A stretch of 64,000 nt of DNA from Schmidtea polychroa (taxonomy: Eukaryota): positions 28,458,001 to 28,522,000 of the forward strand of contig CM097886.1 in assembly GCA_044892525.1 (NCBI GenBank). The letters are read 5' to 3'. A program made the position numbers and the translations under genes. The notes beneath the pieces were generated by a model that worked only from the letters and a program-made list of their open reading frames with translations, was not told the origin of the DNA and made no database searches. Below, in pieces: positions 51,041 through 63,690 of the stretch; the first letter of the stretch is position 1; every line of letters begins with the position of its first letter.

Positions 51041-52147
51041 CGACTTTTGTGAAATCTTGTAAGATATGGTCCAACATGTTCTCCATGAAGGTACCGATCT
51101 TTTAAATTATATTTGAGAAAATCAAAATTTTTGAGCCTTTGAAGGTTTTGACACACCATCGTTAAACACTCGAAGTTATAAGTAGTAGTGCACATACAAC
51201 TCTATTTACATTCCAAATATTTTGTCATCTTTCGAAATGAATTTATTTTTAAAAATATTATTTTTGGATTTTGACTATCCATTAAACTCTTCATAATGAC
51301 CCTTGGATCCCCACAATAATCATTCGGATAGACTGAGTAAAACCGTTCGAAATGACCCTTGGAACATCATGTATCCCAACAATACAAATTCGGGAATCAG
51401 AGAAAAACCCTTCAAAACGAGCCATTGATCGCCGAAATACTGTGTAAAGAACTCTCAATAATCAACTTTGAGTCAGCAGTCCATAATTTTAAAGTCGATT
51501 TCACTTACATAGTTTTTCAATAAATTTTCTAAGTATTTGAGTTGACCTACAAATAGTTTATAAAATATTCTTAGGTTAATAGTATACCGGTGAGCGTGTA
51601 TATCAAATTTTCGGTTTTGATCAACCATAAAACCCTTCAAAATGACCATTGGAATATCTTGTATCTCTAAAATAAACATTCGGGAACCAGAGAAAAGTCC
51701 TACGAAATAAGCCATTGATCGCCGAAATACTATGTCAGGAATTCTCAATAATCAAATTTGAGTGGGTCTCTACTTTTAATGTTGACCAGTTAGATGGAGG
51801 AATAGCTTATCCATCCCAGTTTAATGTTGGTCTCTGCTTTCGCGTAAGTGTGCGCGTTTGATGTTAAAATGGTTCCTTCGTGGATGCGTGCGCACACAGA
51901 TGCGGACAAAGGTTTTTATTCTCAAAAAAATGGAATTTATCGAAAATTTTGGAATTATTATTGGTTTGTTTTTCATTGTTTGAGTATTTGAAAAAAATGT
52001 CAACTAATGTTTATTTTAGTTTTCGATAGAAATATTTTTTAAAAATGCTAAATTTCAATCTTCTTTTTAAAATATTTGTCAATAAAAATCTTTTTCAAAT
52101 TTAACAAAATTTCTAATTAAATCTTTAAGAATCTATCAATTTCCTCA

Positions 52148-54480
52148 TATTCCCCTATTTAAGAAATTTATTAAGTCTTTCCACGTTTCTTTCAATCTTT
52201 TTACCATTCTCGTTTCTTAAGATATATCGTCTGTCATGCACTTTCTCGATCACTTTATATGGTCCTTCATATCTTTCCTGGCTTTTGTTGCGTTTTTCTA
52301 ATTTTACCAACACATCTTCTCCTACGTTGAATTTACTCCTTGTTTGTTCTTCTTGTTCTTCCTTTATCTGTTTTTCTTTTGACCTGTACTATTTTTCCCT
52401 GCTAATCCTTTTTCCAAAATCTATATCTGCCGAGCTTTTTCCTGTCATTTTTTGTTTGGTTGCATTTAATGTAAATTCGACTTCTGTTAGTATCTCTGCC
52501 CAACCCGTCTTTCTTCTGTCTCGTAAAGTAGCATTTATCAGCTTCTTCGTTTAACTCCACTTGGTCATATGCATTACCGAGATCGATTGAGCTAAAATAA
52601 ACCGACCTTCCTAACAAATCTAACATCTCGTCTATGATTGGCATTGGGAATGCCTGCCTCTGTTACTGCATTCAGCTGTCTGAAATCCAAGCATAGCCTA
52701 ATATCTTTTTTCTCTTTTTTCCATACGCAGATTAACGGCGTGTTCCAGGGGAGTTGCATTTCCGTAAAATCCCGTTTTCGTACAAATTTTGTATTGCTTC
52801 TTCAATTTTTACTTCCAAATTCAATGGTTAACGATTTGATTTTATGTTTATCGGTTCACCTCTTGTAATTATCTTATGTTTTACTAAATGCGTGCGACCC
52901 ACATCCCATTTATCCGCCATAAACACGTTTCCACTGTTCGTTATTATTTCCTTTAATTTACTATCCTCATTAATCTTTAGGTGTTCTAACGATCGCATCA
53001 ATTGTTCTCCATCCTTTATTTGTCTGTCGAATTTTGCTTCAATGTTACAAATATAGTTCTTGTCTTTTTCACTAGATTCGCTATCTTTCTTTTTTGCCAT
53101 CCTATATCCAAATGCTTCTTGTAATTCTACTCCTCCAACCACCTCTGGTGTCACTTTCTCCGCCACAATGAATATAACTTCCTTAGAAATATCTCCGATA
53201 GTTACTTTAACCTTTGTTCTTCCAATTGTCTCTATCGTACTTTCGTTTGTACGTCGTACTTATCGTCGCTTCTCATCAATTGTTGTCCTCGTAACTTGTT
53301 GAAACAGTTCACACTCATTACATTTATTCGTGCTCCAGTGTCTAATAAACAGTCGAAAATTTCCCCATTCATCATTTCTGTTACACTAGGTCTTCCCTGT
53401 AGCTTGTTATACACAATTTCAACCTCCTGCACCGTTTCAATTGTTCTAATTCTTTCCACTTCCTCTTCAAACTTTTCTCTCCTTAGGAACCTGTATACTT
53501 TCTCACTTACTCTTCCTACATTCTCCCACTTTTCTAGCCCTTCAGGATATGCCATCCATTTTTCTGTTACTATATAGCTCCAACCAACTCTACTGGTGGA
53601 GCCATGTTGTTTGGGTACGTCCTACTAAAATCATCTTCATTTGTCTTTACGCACGATTCCCTTTCCTCTTCTTTCTCGATTCCACTAATCCGACTGTATC
53701 TGATTCCTGTCGGTCTTTATTTCTCTATCGTTTTCTTGTAACTCGACTTTATATAACATTCTTCAGATCTATTACCATTTCTGTTGCATTTTTACACCGT
53801 ATTTCTTGACATAATCTTCTTATATGACCTTCTTTCCGACAACCAAGACATCGTGGCACTTTTTTATATGGACAATTCCTACTTATATGTCCGCTTCTGT
53901 GACACGTCCAGCACTCTATCTTACTTCTTAATGGACAGTCTTTTTGTGTGGCCTATATTGTGGCATAGCCAGCACTTTAGTTCTTCTCGTCGCCTGCCTT
54001 CTTCTCTTTCATCTTTCTGCTTGTACTGTCCTCTTCTCTATGGATCCTGATAGACCACTCTTGAGTAACTTTTCATAGCGTCTATCTGATCTCTCTGTTT
54101 CTCCACTTTATCCATCAGAATTAATGTTTCTTTATCTTTCTGTGCTTTTTATCTTCCGTAATATTACTTCTTTCTCAATTTCTTTATTTTCAGCACATAC
54201 TATCAACATCTTTGCTGTTATATTCTCTTTGGTAAATTCTTTATTCTCAAACAACCTGTTGACAAGGTTCTCCTATTTTTTGAAATATGTTTCAATCTCT
54301 TCGCCTCTTCTTTAATAATTCAAAAAACTTTCCATATTCTTTATTACGTTTCTTTCGTAATCAAATATCATTCGTAACCTGGCTTGAACTCCTTCTGCAT
54401 TTTTCAGTGTTTTTGCATATTTCCCCAATAGACCCTCTTCGATCAAACATGCAGTCAATCTTTCCTGTTCCTTTTTATTG
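52148..54480 (-). mobile_element. Degenerate, internally deleted Ty3/gypsy element (Gag 3xCCHC, protease, RT N-terminus, integrase tail)
   Basis: Knuckles CWLCHNIGHTKKDC, CWTCHRSGHISRNC, CLGCRKEGHIRRLC; protease CLLDTGARINV; RT PIIDEMLDLLGRSVYFSSIDLGNAY; integrase YEGPYKVIEKV; PPT-like AATAGGGGAATA before TGAGG. Confidence 0.85.
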
Positions 54481-55152
54481 ATGACTTAAGCATAGAAATA
54501 AATCTCGCATCTTCTAATGAATTTTGTTAATGAAGCTTGTTAATGATATGTGGCAAAAACTTACAGGTCTCTTTTGAAGGAAAGATTTTCGTAAAAATAT
54601 TATAAAAGAGTCGCGGGAATTTTGATAATTCTTTGTAAAAGAATTTTATAAATATGATGCAAAACGGTCGGACATGAATCTCTTTCTGCACCTTTGGTTA
54701 ATGTCGAAGGAAATTTATCACATTATTTTAATGATTCCATTTATTGGCATTCTATCAATATATATTTTAGTCAAAACATTTATAAATAAAAGGAAATAAA
54801 TGCATGATTGATATGCAAGATAAAATGTAGTAGCACGTAATTTATCAGCTACTATATGGGGTATTGAATTCTTTTGTGTGTCGTTTTTTCAATACGGGAT
54901 AATCATCGTTTTCACTAGCTTTATCCCAATTTGTTCAATAGCAAATAATTTTTCTGCTGACAGTAAATAAACAAGCGCATATGGGGAACCTGTCCAAGGC
55001 AGTTTGCAGCGAATTGGTATTTTACTATAACTTCAATGTCTAAAGACGCTATACAATATATAACTTGTTGATAGAATTGGCAATTTAGCAAAGATCACAT
55101 GACGGGTGTAAGTCATATCGACATTCGGTTGACGTGATTAACGTGCACAATA

Positions 55153-55391
55153 CACTCATACCTCGCTTTACGGCCTAGATACGTTCCAGGAAAGTTGGCC
55201 GCAAAGCGAAACGCCGCATAACGAATTAAATATTTTGATACAATTCCATACACTTTCACATACACAATTCACACTTTTTTTGGCCGTAAAACGAAACATT
55301 TTAGGCCGTAAATCGAAAAAGTGCCGTAATTAAAGTAGGCCGTTGTAGCGAAAAGCCGTATAAAGAGCAGCCGTATAGCGAGGTATGAGTG
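55153..55391. mobile_element. Tc1/mariner (pogo/Tigger-like) MITE
   Basis: TA|CACTCATACCTCGCTTTACGGC ... GCCGTATAGCGAGGTATGAGTG|TA. Confidence 0.85.
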
Positions 55392-56175
55392 TATATAATT
55401 TCAGCGCAAGTTGTTAATGAAAAATCTTGTTTTTTAAAAATACCCAATAATTTTAAGTTGTTTTTCTAAGGAAAGGGTGGCACCTCGGGATCTTGTCCTA
55501 CATTCTACATACCCTAAGTATAAGTAAATTAATAATCCTATATTATATAAACGAAAAAATGCACTAGTTTATTTTTAGTAGTAGAAATGCCAAATTTTTA
55601 TCGCAAGAGTTACAGCAATTAATTTGAGCGCATTATATACCTACTTCTTTCTGTGCATTCTTACTTTTACTATTAAAATATAATAAATTTATAAGATTTG
55701 AAATATTCAAATTTAAATAATTACTATGATAAATTAATGAGATTTAAAATATTTAAATTTAAATAATTACCATAATAAATTATCGTGTAAATTAAAGAAA
55801 TTGAATAAAACTTAATTTAAAAAAATTTATAATTGTAAATGCACAAAATAAATTTCAAATTAAACTGAACCTTAAACTTTGTTCGATTCGTCATTTTTTA
55901 AGATTTTTTTAAAATTATAAATTTTAAAATAATTATTCAAAACAATTTCCATTAAAATCCAATGACTAATAAATAATAAAACTGAAAAAAACCGTAAATA
56001 TTTCTTTTTTAATAAAGCAAAAAAAATATATAAAGATGATAATTATAAAAATTGATTTGAAAAATTATAAAATAGAATAATAAAAAATTATATATTTTGT
56101 TTAATATTACATGTGAAAAATGGATTACAAAATCAGTAAAAATTTGTTTGATTTTTCCTTAATTTTATTATTAAA

Positions 56176-57401
56176 ATGATTGAATCTCTTTCACGTGTAT
56201 ATGTTGATGTTAATAAATTTAAACCAAAAGGCTATTCAGAATATAATGACTTGGATATAACTTACCAGTAAACGTTTCTATTGTTTCCATTTTTTTATTA
56301 ATAAATACTTTTAAAGATCTTGTGACGATTATTCAATTATAAAAAAAATAGGTAGAGGTAAATACAGTGAAGTATTTTTAGGTGTAGAGGATAGCACCAA
56401 TAAAAATATTGTCATAAAAGTCTTAAAGGTAAAATAATTTTAAAAAAATTATTAAAAAAAATTAATTTCAAGCCAGTAGCCGAAATGAAAATAAAAAGAG
56501 AATTAAAAATTCTATCAAATCTTCGAGGATGTGAAAATATTATTACTTTATTAAATGTTGTAATGGATCCAGCTGTAGGTTTTGAATTGGTATTTTTCAT
56601 TATTAATCACGTTTATTTATTCAGTCCGAAACTCCCGCTTTTATTTTTGAATATATCGAAAATGAGAATTTTAAAGAGCTGTATAAAAACTTCACAAAAA
56701 TGGACATTCGATATTATCTTCGACAACTGTTACTGGCATTGGACTGCTGCCATTCTATGGGAATCATGCACCGTGACGTTAAACCGCAAAACATTGTCAT
56801 CAATAATCGAAATAAAACTGTAAATAAAATCCATAGTTAATTTTTAAATTAATTAATATTTTTAAAGCTTCGTTTAATTGATTGGGGGTTGGCTGACTTT
56901 TATCATCCAAGACAAAAGTACAACGTCAGAGTCGCTTCGAGATATTTCAAAGGACCCGAGTTATTGGTCAACTTTGAAATGTATGATTATTCTCTCGATC
57001 TTTGGGCCGTCGGTTGTGTTTTGGCTGGAATGATATTTAGAAAAGACACAATGTTTCAAGGTAAAGACAATGTTGACCAATTGCTGAAAATCGTAAAAAC
57101 CCTTGGAACAACAAGCTTTGAATTATATCTGAAAAAGTATCAAATCAAATTAAATATAAAGTGATTTTAATTCTTTTTGTAATTTAAATTTTAATTATCC
57201 AATTTTTTTAGAGAAGCCAATTTTAAAAAGAAATACCCGATCAAACCATGGACACAATATGTGGACGGGGAGAACCAACATTTGGTATGTCAGGACTCAT
57301 TTCATCTATTAGACAATTTGCTACGATTTGACCACCAGACCAGACTAACTGCAAAAGAAGCCTTGAGTCACAGATTTTTCGCAGCTCATTCACAAGAATA
57401 A
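56176..57401 (+). CDS. CSNK2A: Casein kinase II alpha subunit, divergent paralog, 6 exons
   Basis: Exons 56176-56267, 56317-56428, 56473-56574, 56625-56819, 56868-57160, 57212-57401. Motifs: [48 protein letters not shown]. Confidence 0.93.
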
Positions 57402-57946
57402 TATCAATGAAATATATTTTTTAATAGAATTTATTTTTAATTTATTGTGAAAAATATAACAAATTTTGTTATTGCTATATTAATTTCTTATTTTATAAAT
57501 GAGCTCAATATCAACAAATTTAATGGGCTTCCTTCTTCAACTAGTATTTCACAACCATTTATTTATGTTTTGCGTCACATCTTAAGCAATATTGTTTAGA
57601 TTTTCGAAGTTGTCATTTTAAAGGTGTGAAATTAATGAAAATTTCACGGATCTTAAGGGGTAGGTTAATTTTGTGGAGGCATTTAATTTTATAGGATTTA
57701 GTATCATGATGGAAAAACAAGCGTATAGCATGTGGAAAGGAAGGATTTCTTATCAATTCTGGAGGTGTATTTGAAATTTCACATGTTGCTTTGTTGTCAA
57801 AGCAACTGTATATGGGCTTTCATCCTTAATTAATACAAACTTACGTTCAATAAGGATATTTCTATTCATGTTATCTAAGAATTGTATTTCACCTTCCTTT
57901 TTGGGTAGTTTAGAAGTGAATTGTTATAAGAATTAATCATAATGTT

Positions 57947-58544
57947 GGGGGTGGCTAAACTGAGGCTCGTGAGTCTCATGCGGCTCTTTAACATGTTTCA
58001 CGCGGCTCCCTAGAGCTGCAAAAAATTCATCGGTTTTAAAAATTTAATTTTTACAGAAAACAAAAGAAAATATGAAGAAAATTTAAATTAAAATGGGAAG
58101 ATTATTATGCGTTTATTGAAAGAAACGGTAAACCAACATGTCTTATTTGTAGCCAGACACTTTCTCAATTCAAAGCAAGTAACTTAAAACGGCATCATGA
58201 ACAGAACCACGGAAGTTTTATCATCACTTGTTCCTATCATACCATTATAAGAACTACCAAAATGGATTCGTTAAAATCCAAACAGAATTTGTTATCATCA
58301 TTTACTAATGTATTTTTGTAGCCGAGGCTAGTTACGCCATATCCTGGAATATTGCAGCCAAAATGCAATCCCAAAAAAGAAACATTTGATAGTGAATAAT
58401 AAATAAATTTTGAAATCAATGATTGGTTAAAAAACATTTATGTAAAAATAAATTTTATTCTTTTTATTTTTGTCAAGTTGTGGCTCTCCATAATTTAAGT
58501 TTATGGTTTTTGGCTCTTATGGAAGAAAAGATAGGCCGCCTCTG
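57947..58544 (+). mobile_element. hAT (Buster/SPIN-like) remnant
   Basis: KPTCLICSQTLSQFKASNLKRHHEQNH (BED-like) and EASYAISWNIA; degraded TIR-like ends. Confidence 0.65.
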
Positions 58545-59499
58545 CTATATAAATTAGAGTAAATAAAATTAAAATGTACAAAAATTGGAAAACGAACGTA
58601 AATGCAAAATTAGCAAACTTTGAAAAATTGTTATTACTCTGAGGAAAAGGTATGAACAAGTAAGACAGAAAATTTAAATAAGAATATATTAATTATAAAT
58701 CAAGTGAGACACTAGTCAACGTAATTACAAAAATGCAACCTTAATATAATATCTGTTTGCCAGGTGGCAGTAAAATATATTCATTCAGATTTTGGAAAAA
58801 GATGCCATAACTTGCACATGATTTTGATTAATGTTGTTTTTTTGCAAAATATAGCCGAGGCCAAATCTGGTTAAGCTTGACGGTCCAGCTTGAAAAGTAA
58901 GATTATCGAAATTTCTCAAGAGTATTTAGTGATTGTTACAAATGACCTATTTTTTACAAAGTTTAAGTAATTTTTTTTGGCAAGATCAGATTAGAATTCA
59001 GAATAGTTTGCGACGGATTTTCTTAGGATAATCGCTCCAAGTTTAAACTATTTGACAAGTGTAGAAAAGAGTTGAATCAAGCCGAGTTTGTAATTATGGA
59101 ATCTATTGACGGTTTTCTAATAAAATTGTGGGCTACAGTCAGTAAGTGTGCAATATTTGCCCTGTCTATCGAAAAGCACTAGAACTTGCTCGTCTGTGTC
59201 AATAGATAAAACAATATAGACAAGCACTTAATGACAACACAAATTTGGTATATAAGTTGAGGGAATGTTCAGCCAAATCGCCCAAAAATTCTTAACTCAA
59301 GAAGAATTTCATAGTTGATATCGATTATTGAAAGAATAAAATAGAGCATACAGTAAATCGAGCTCAGAAAACATATTCAATCACACAAACACTTATACAC
59401 ACATAATATATTGAAAGTATAATATATTTTGTATTTTTCAGGTACTCCTCTTTGTAATTGTTATATTAAATAAAATTTACTAACAGTGTCATCTTATTT

Positions 59500-59960
59500 A
59501 TTTATATAAGATACCAAGTTGAGATTCTGGGAACCTCAACACTAAAATTGGAAATCAAAGATTCCAACTAACTTAACTCAAACCTTCAATCAGAATTTTA
59601 CTCACTTAATCACTTGAAGTCAACCTCAACAATCAAAATAAAATATCAAAAGTATAGAAAAAGTAGACACACCCGCCCAAACCAGATATCATGAAATCTC
59701 GTGTGATAAATGCTCAAAAAAGGTCATTGGAGTCCAATATGGCAAAAAAATAATTTGGCCCAAAAATCAGTGAAAAAGATACCAACATCGAAAATGGAAA
59801 CTGGTCAGAAATAAGACATGCTACGATTGACGAACAAAATTCAATAATAGTAGTATCCTTCGATGGCTTTATTACTAGAGTCCCTATGAACCAGGGCTTA
59901 GATCTATAAAATTTTTATCGCAAAATAATTCACAATCCAGTAAGATTTCGTTGATTACTA
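59500..59960 (+). mobile_element. Scrambled Penelope-like remnant
   Basis: EISCDKCSKKVIG (GIY-YIG-like) and IVVSFDGF.TRVPM (RT motif-like). Confidence 0.4.
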
Positions 59961-60169
59961 AAACACGAGCTATAATGAATGATTGATTGGTTGAGCGTAC
60001 GCTTCAGTAGCACTGAAGAATTTATCCTGTAAATCTTTACAAGCTGATAATTTACAAGCTCCATTTTTAAGAAGGGGAAGATGAAGACCCCGGGTTGCAA
60101 GGATCAGAGCTTCAGTTGAAAATTAAATTTTCATCTTAATGTTTTCTTCACATTTATAATTAAAAATTG

Positions 60170-60372
60170 CTATTTTTCATGTTATTGAAAAAATTTTCGA
60201 TGTTATTTTTTCCATTATTTGAAAAATTGGATGTTATTTTTTCCACTTTTTGAAAAAAACGGATGTCATTTTGGCAATTAAAAATTTTCGATGTCATTTT
60301 TTCCATTTTTGAAAAATTGGATGTCATTTTTTCCATTTTTGAAAAATTGGGTGTTAGTTTTTCCATTTTCCC
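60170..60372. repeat. ~30 bp tandem repeat (~6 copies)
   Basis: TTTTCCATTTTTGAAAAATTGGATGTCATT units; explains the EKMTSNFSKM ORF. Confidence 0.85.
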
Positions 60373-60703
60373 ATTTTAAATATTTACTTCCTCAATTGAC
60401 AGTTTATTACTTCAAAAAATGAATTCTTTGTTGGAATTTGGCAATGTCATATTAAATTAATAGACATCTACAACTACAATACATATATACATACGCATAT
60501 ACATTTGGATGTTGAGACCTGTTCATCTGTATTTTTATGGGTTTTGTGTGTATATTTATAGAACTAATAAAAATGAAAAATGCTGAAAAAATAGAAGATA
60601 CCCGTGTAGTACCTCTGACTTTTACATTAATAAAAATATCAATTTAATAATTAAACATAAAATATATTATTAAATTTATAAAATTAAAACCTATTGTCTA
60701 AAT

Positions 60704-61025
60704 CAGCGTTTCCCAAAGTTTTTTCACAGCGGCACCCTTTTTGATTTCAAATTTTTGACGGAACGCTATTTACAAAAATCTTATCAAATATTATTAAAAC
60801 TAATTTTAAATTAATATTTATAATGCGTATTTTAAAACAATATAATTAAAAAAACTGTGGTTTCCCTTTGAAAAAGAATTGAAAATGAATTTTAAATTGG
60901 ATCAAATAAAATCGAGAATTATTTATTAATCTTTATTTATAAATCTTTTTTTATAAATTATTTATTTACGAAAAGTTCGCGGAACCCCTGCTATCAGTCC
61001 ACGGAACCCACTTTGGGAAACGCTG
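60704..61025. mobile_element. hAT (Charlie-type) MITE
   Basis: Perfect 16-bp TIR CAGCGTTTCCCAAAGT; 8-bp TSD GTCTAAAT. Confidence 0.92.
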
Positions 61026-61689
61026 GTCTAAATATTCTTATCATTCAAAAAAACGATATAAAACAATTCATGCATTATTAGACATCTCAAACGTTAAATC
61101 TCATCAAAATCAATAAAAAAATATGCCAAACACTCAAGAAGCTGAAACCTTTATTTTCCTAGCTGTGATCTCTCTGTTGATGAACTTGATCATGAACACC
61201 TTCTATTCAAACCAAATAATACTAATTCTCGATTCTAGTGATTCTGATGATGAAGTTCAAAAAAATAATTATATCGAAATGTTTGGAAGATCATATTTTT
61301 CTCAATCCCGTTAATAACCCTATTTAAATATAGTAGATGGATTGGACCCAGCTGCCTTAATCCTCTCCCACCCCATAGAAGATATGTAGGTCACACAAAT
61401 AATGTTTAATATATAAATGTATGGTTGCTATGGAATCAAGTTTCAAAGTTTCTAAATTAAATGTTTATCACGCCATAATCATACGTAAATTATGAAACAT
61501 TGACGAACTTATAATTAAATTGGTATCTTTGCTCAAATCAAATTTTAAAGATATGGTTGGGTTTTTGGGTCGTTGGTGAAATTTAATTTAATGAATTATT
61601 TCCCTGACTCCAATTGTGCCTTTCTTTGACACACAAATAACAATTGACAACAGAAATCTTTATTGATAATCACAAATAATTTTAACTTT

Positions 61690-62290
61690 ACACTGACAAT
61701 CAATTCAACACTTTGGTTGGTGACTATACAATGTTTATTGCAACACCTAGTGAGGAATAGCACCCGTATACATACCGGATTGACAAGTCAGCAACTACTG
61801 ATTGGTTTATCGACTAGGAATTATATTTGGTTGTTTTCTATGACCTTTTTCGACAACTTCATTCAAATAATCAAATAACTTCTTTTTGTTTATTACTCAA
61901 CTAATTCTTTTCTGAAAATCTTCTGCGACAATTATTCTTCACAATTATTCTTTAACAATTATTCTCCAACAAATTGTTTTCCAATAAATACTCGTCTCAA
62001 TGACTTCTATAAATTTCTCCCACAATTTCTCTGTAAATTTTCTCCGTTAGTTTTTTCGCCTCTTCCGTAGACTCTCGCCTCGGCTTCCGTTTGTTCTCGT
62101 CTAAATTTTCGTCTGATATTTTGTCTGAATTTTGTGTCCCACAGTTCCTCTTCATATAGCTTGTTTCATTTGTGGTACTAGAGATAATCAAATTTTTCCC
62201 ACTTCTCTTTCTCCCGCATTTCCGGACTGTTCCCATTCTATCTCTAACAGATGTCGAGATATGTTTTGCTTTTCCCTTTTTTGTTAGACC
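61690..62290 (-). repeat. Dispersed repeat, inverted homolog of ~42850-43420
   Basis: Shared ATATCTCGACATCTGT.AGAGATA, GATAAACCAATCAGTA, GTGCTATTCCTCACT and TTGTATAGTCACCAA blocks. Confidence 0.7.
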
Positions 62291-62526
62291 GGATAGACTT
62301 TTCTGATTATTTCCAAGTATTAATATTTGTAAAAATCTCTCTCTTCACCACAAAAAAGTTGATATATTTATTAAAAAATACAAAGGGGCTGGCGTGGTAG
62401 TTCGAAAATTAAAATTATTAAAAATTAATAAGGATAAAATATTTTTAACCAATCACATTCTTTCATTAATAATATATGTCAATTGCAATTATATAAATAG
62501 ATCCGCATTTCAACAATTTTCTATAA

Positions 62527-63062
62527 ATGACGCATACAAAATATATAATAAACCTGTTTAATGATCTAGTTTCGAACAAAGAAACTGATGAAGGAATTAA
62601 TAATCTACAATTCCTTGTCAATTGCACAGAAAAAATTGTTGAAGATAATTCTATTGAATATAGCCTCATTCTCAGGCTGGAGACAATCGAAAAAAGAAAA
62701 ATGGAATATTTTATGTGTTATTTGATAATAAAATTACATGGTCACGATTCATCATAGGTTTCATGTGCATGACACATATTTTAGAGAAATAAGGGTCTGA
62801 CTTTGAAAATTATTTTCAATGTTCTGTAGAGGTATATTATTTTGATGATTAACTGTATATTACTATCACCATTATTTAGATAAGTGAATCAAAAATTTTA
62901 CCATGGGTCAATGCACACGGTGGATGGAATATGGTGATTGAAATCGCTATAAAAGCAAATGATAATGATCCCAAATATGAAAAGCTAACAAAATTACTGA
63001 AACTGATAATTGAATTAGGAGTTGTATATATTTGTATAAAGGTCTATCGAAATCTTTACTAA
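62527..63062 (+). pseudogene. Bcl-2 family gene (BH1, BH2, C-terminal TM) with a frameshift and an in-frame stop
   Basis: FDNKITWSRFIIGF (BH1-like) lies in a shifted frame; TAA in EK*GSD; 48-nt GT-AG intron 62832-62879; ILPWVNAHGGW (BH2); hydrophobic tail LLKLIIELGVVYICIKVYRNLY*. Confidence 0.68.
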
Positions 63063-63139
63063 CTCTTTGTAAATGTTTATTTAAAAAATAACTCAAGCAA
63101 GTTCAAAATTTATTAATTAACACATGTACAGTTTTCATC

Positions 63140-63379
63140 TTAGCAATTTTCTTTCATTATATTTTTAACAATATGATTTGGAAAATCATTAGATTCCTGA
63201 TCATCTTCTGGTTTAGGCTCATTTGGTGATTTATCAATTGTAGGGTTCTCAATATATGAGATAATTTCTTCACTAGGTAAATTATTACATTCATGCTCAT
63301 CTTCTTGTTTGGGTTCATTTTCAGATTCAACAATTGTAGGCTCCTCAACAAACGATATATTTTTTACTAATTCCTTCAT
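63140..63379 (-). CDS. Possible terminal exon with a duplicated 32-aa acidic unit; unknown gene
   Basis: ISFVEEPTIVESENEPKQED / ISYIENPTIDKSPNEPKPED; acceptor-like TTATTCAG precedes it. Confidence 0.3.
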   Translation of the reverse strand: MKELVKNISFVEEPTIVESENEPKQEDEHECNNLPSEEIISYIENPTIDKSPNEPKPEDDQESNDFPNHIVKNIMKENC

Positions 63380-63419
63380 CTGAATAAAATCATTTTAATG
63401 TTTCTGAAGCCACGATGAA

Positions 63420-63690
63420 TTCTCTAATTTTTACATATGCAAAAAACCGTGCTGTTGAGAATGAAGGAGAGAGTTTTGTTTTGCAACAGGCGTACACCCA
63501 AAGTGGTGCGAGAAATCCCCGCGTGGAATGCATATCCTGCTAATATATACCTCAGAGGGGTATAGAAAATATGCCACTTTTAATCAAAATAAAACTTTAC
63601 AAATACATTTCTGGATCCAAGCTATTATACTATGCCCGAACACAGGAACAAAAGGATCAAGGAGGTCGGCAATTCCATAGTAGCTTTCAC
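63420..63690 (-). mobile_element. Possible non-LTR RT remnant
   Basis: NCRPP.SFCS and NSLLHSQQHGF resemble the YRPISL and QHGF RT motifs. Confidence 0.3.

Noticed and set aside
54650-55060. GPCR-like hydrophobic fragments on the minus strand
   Set aside because: Multiple stops and only vague similarity.
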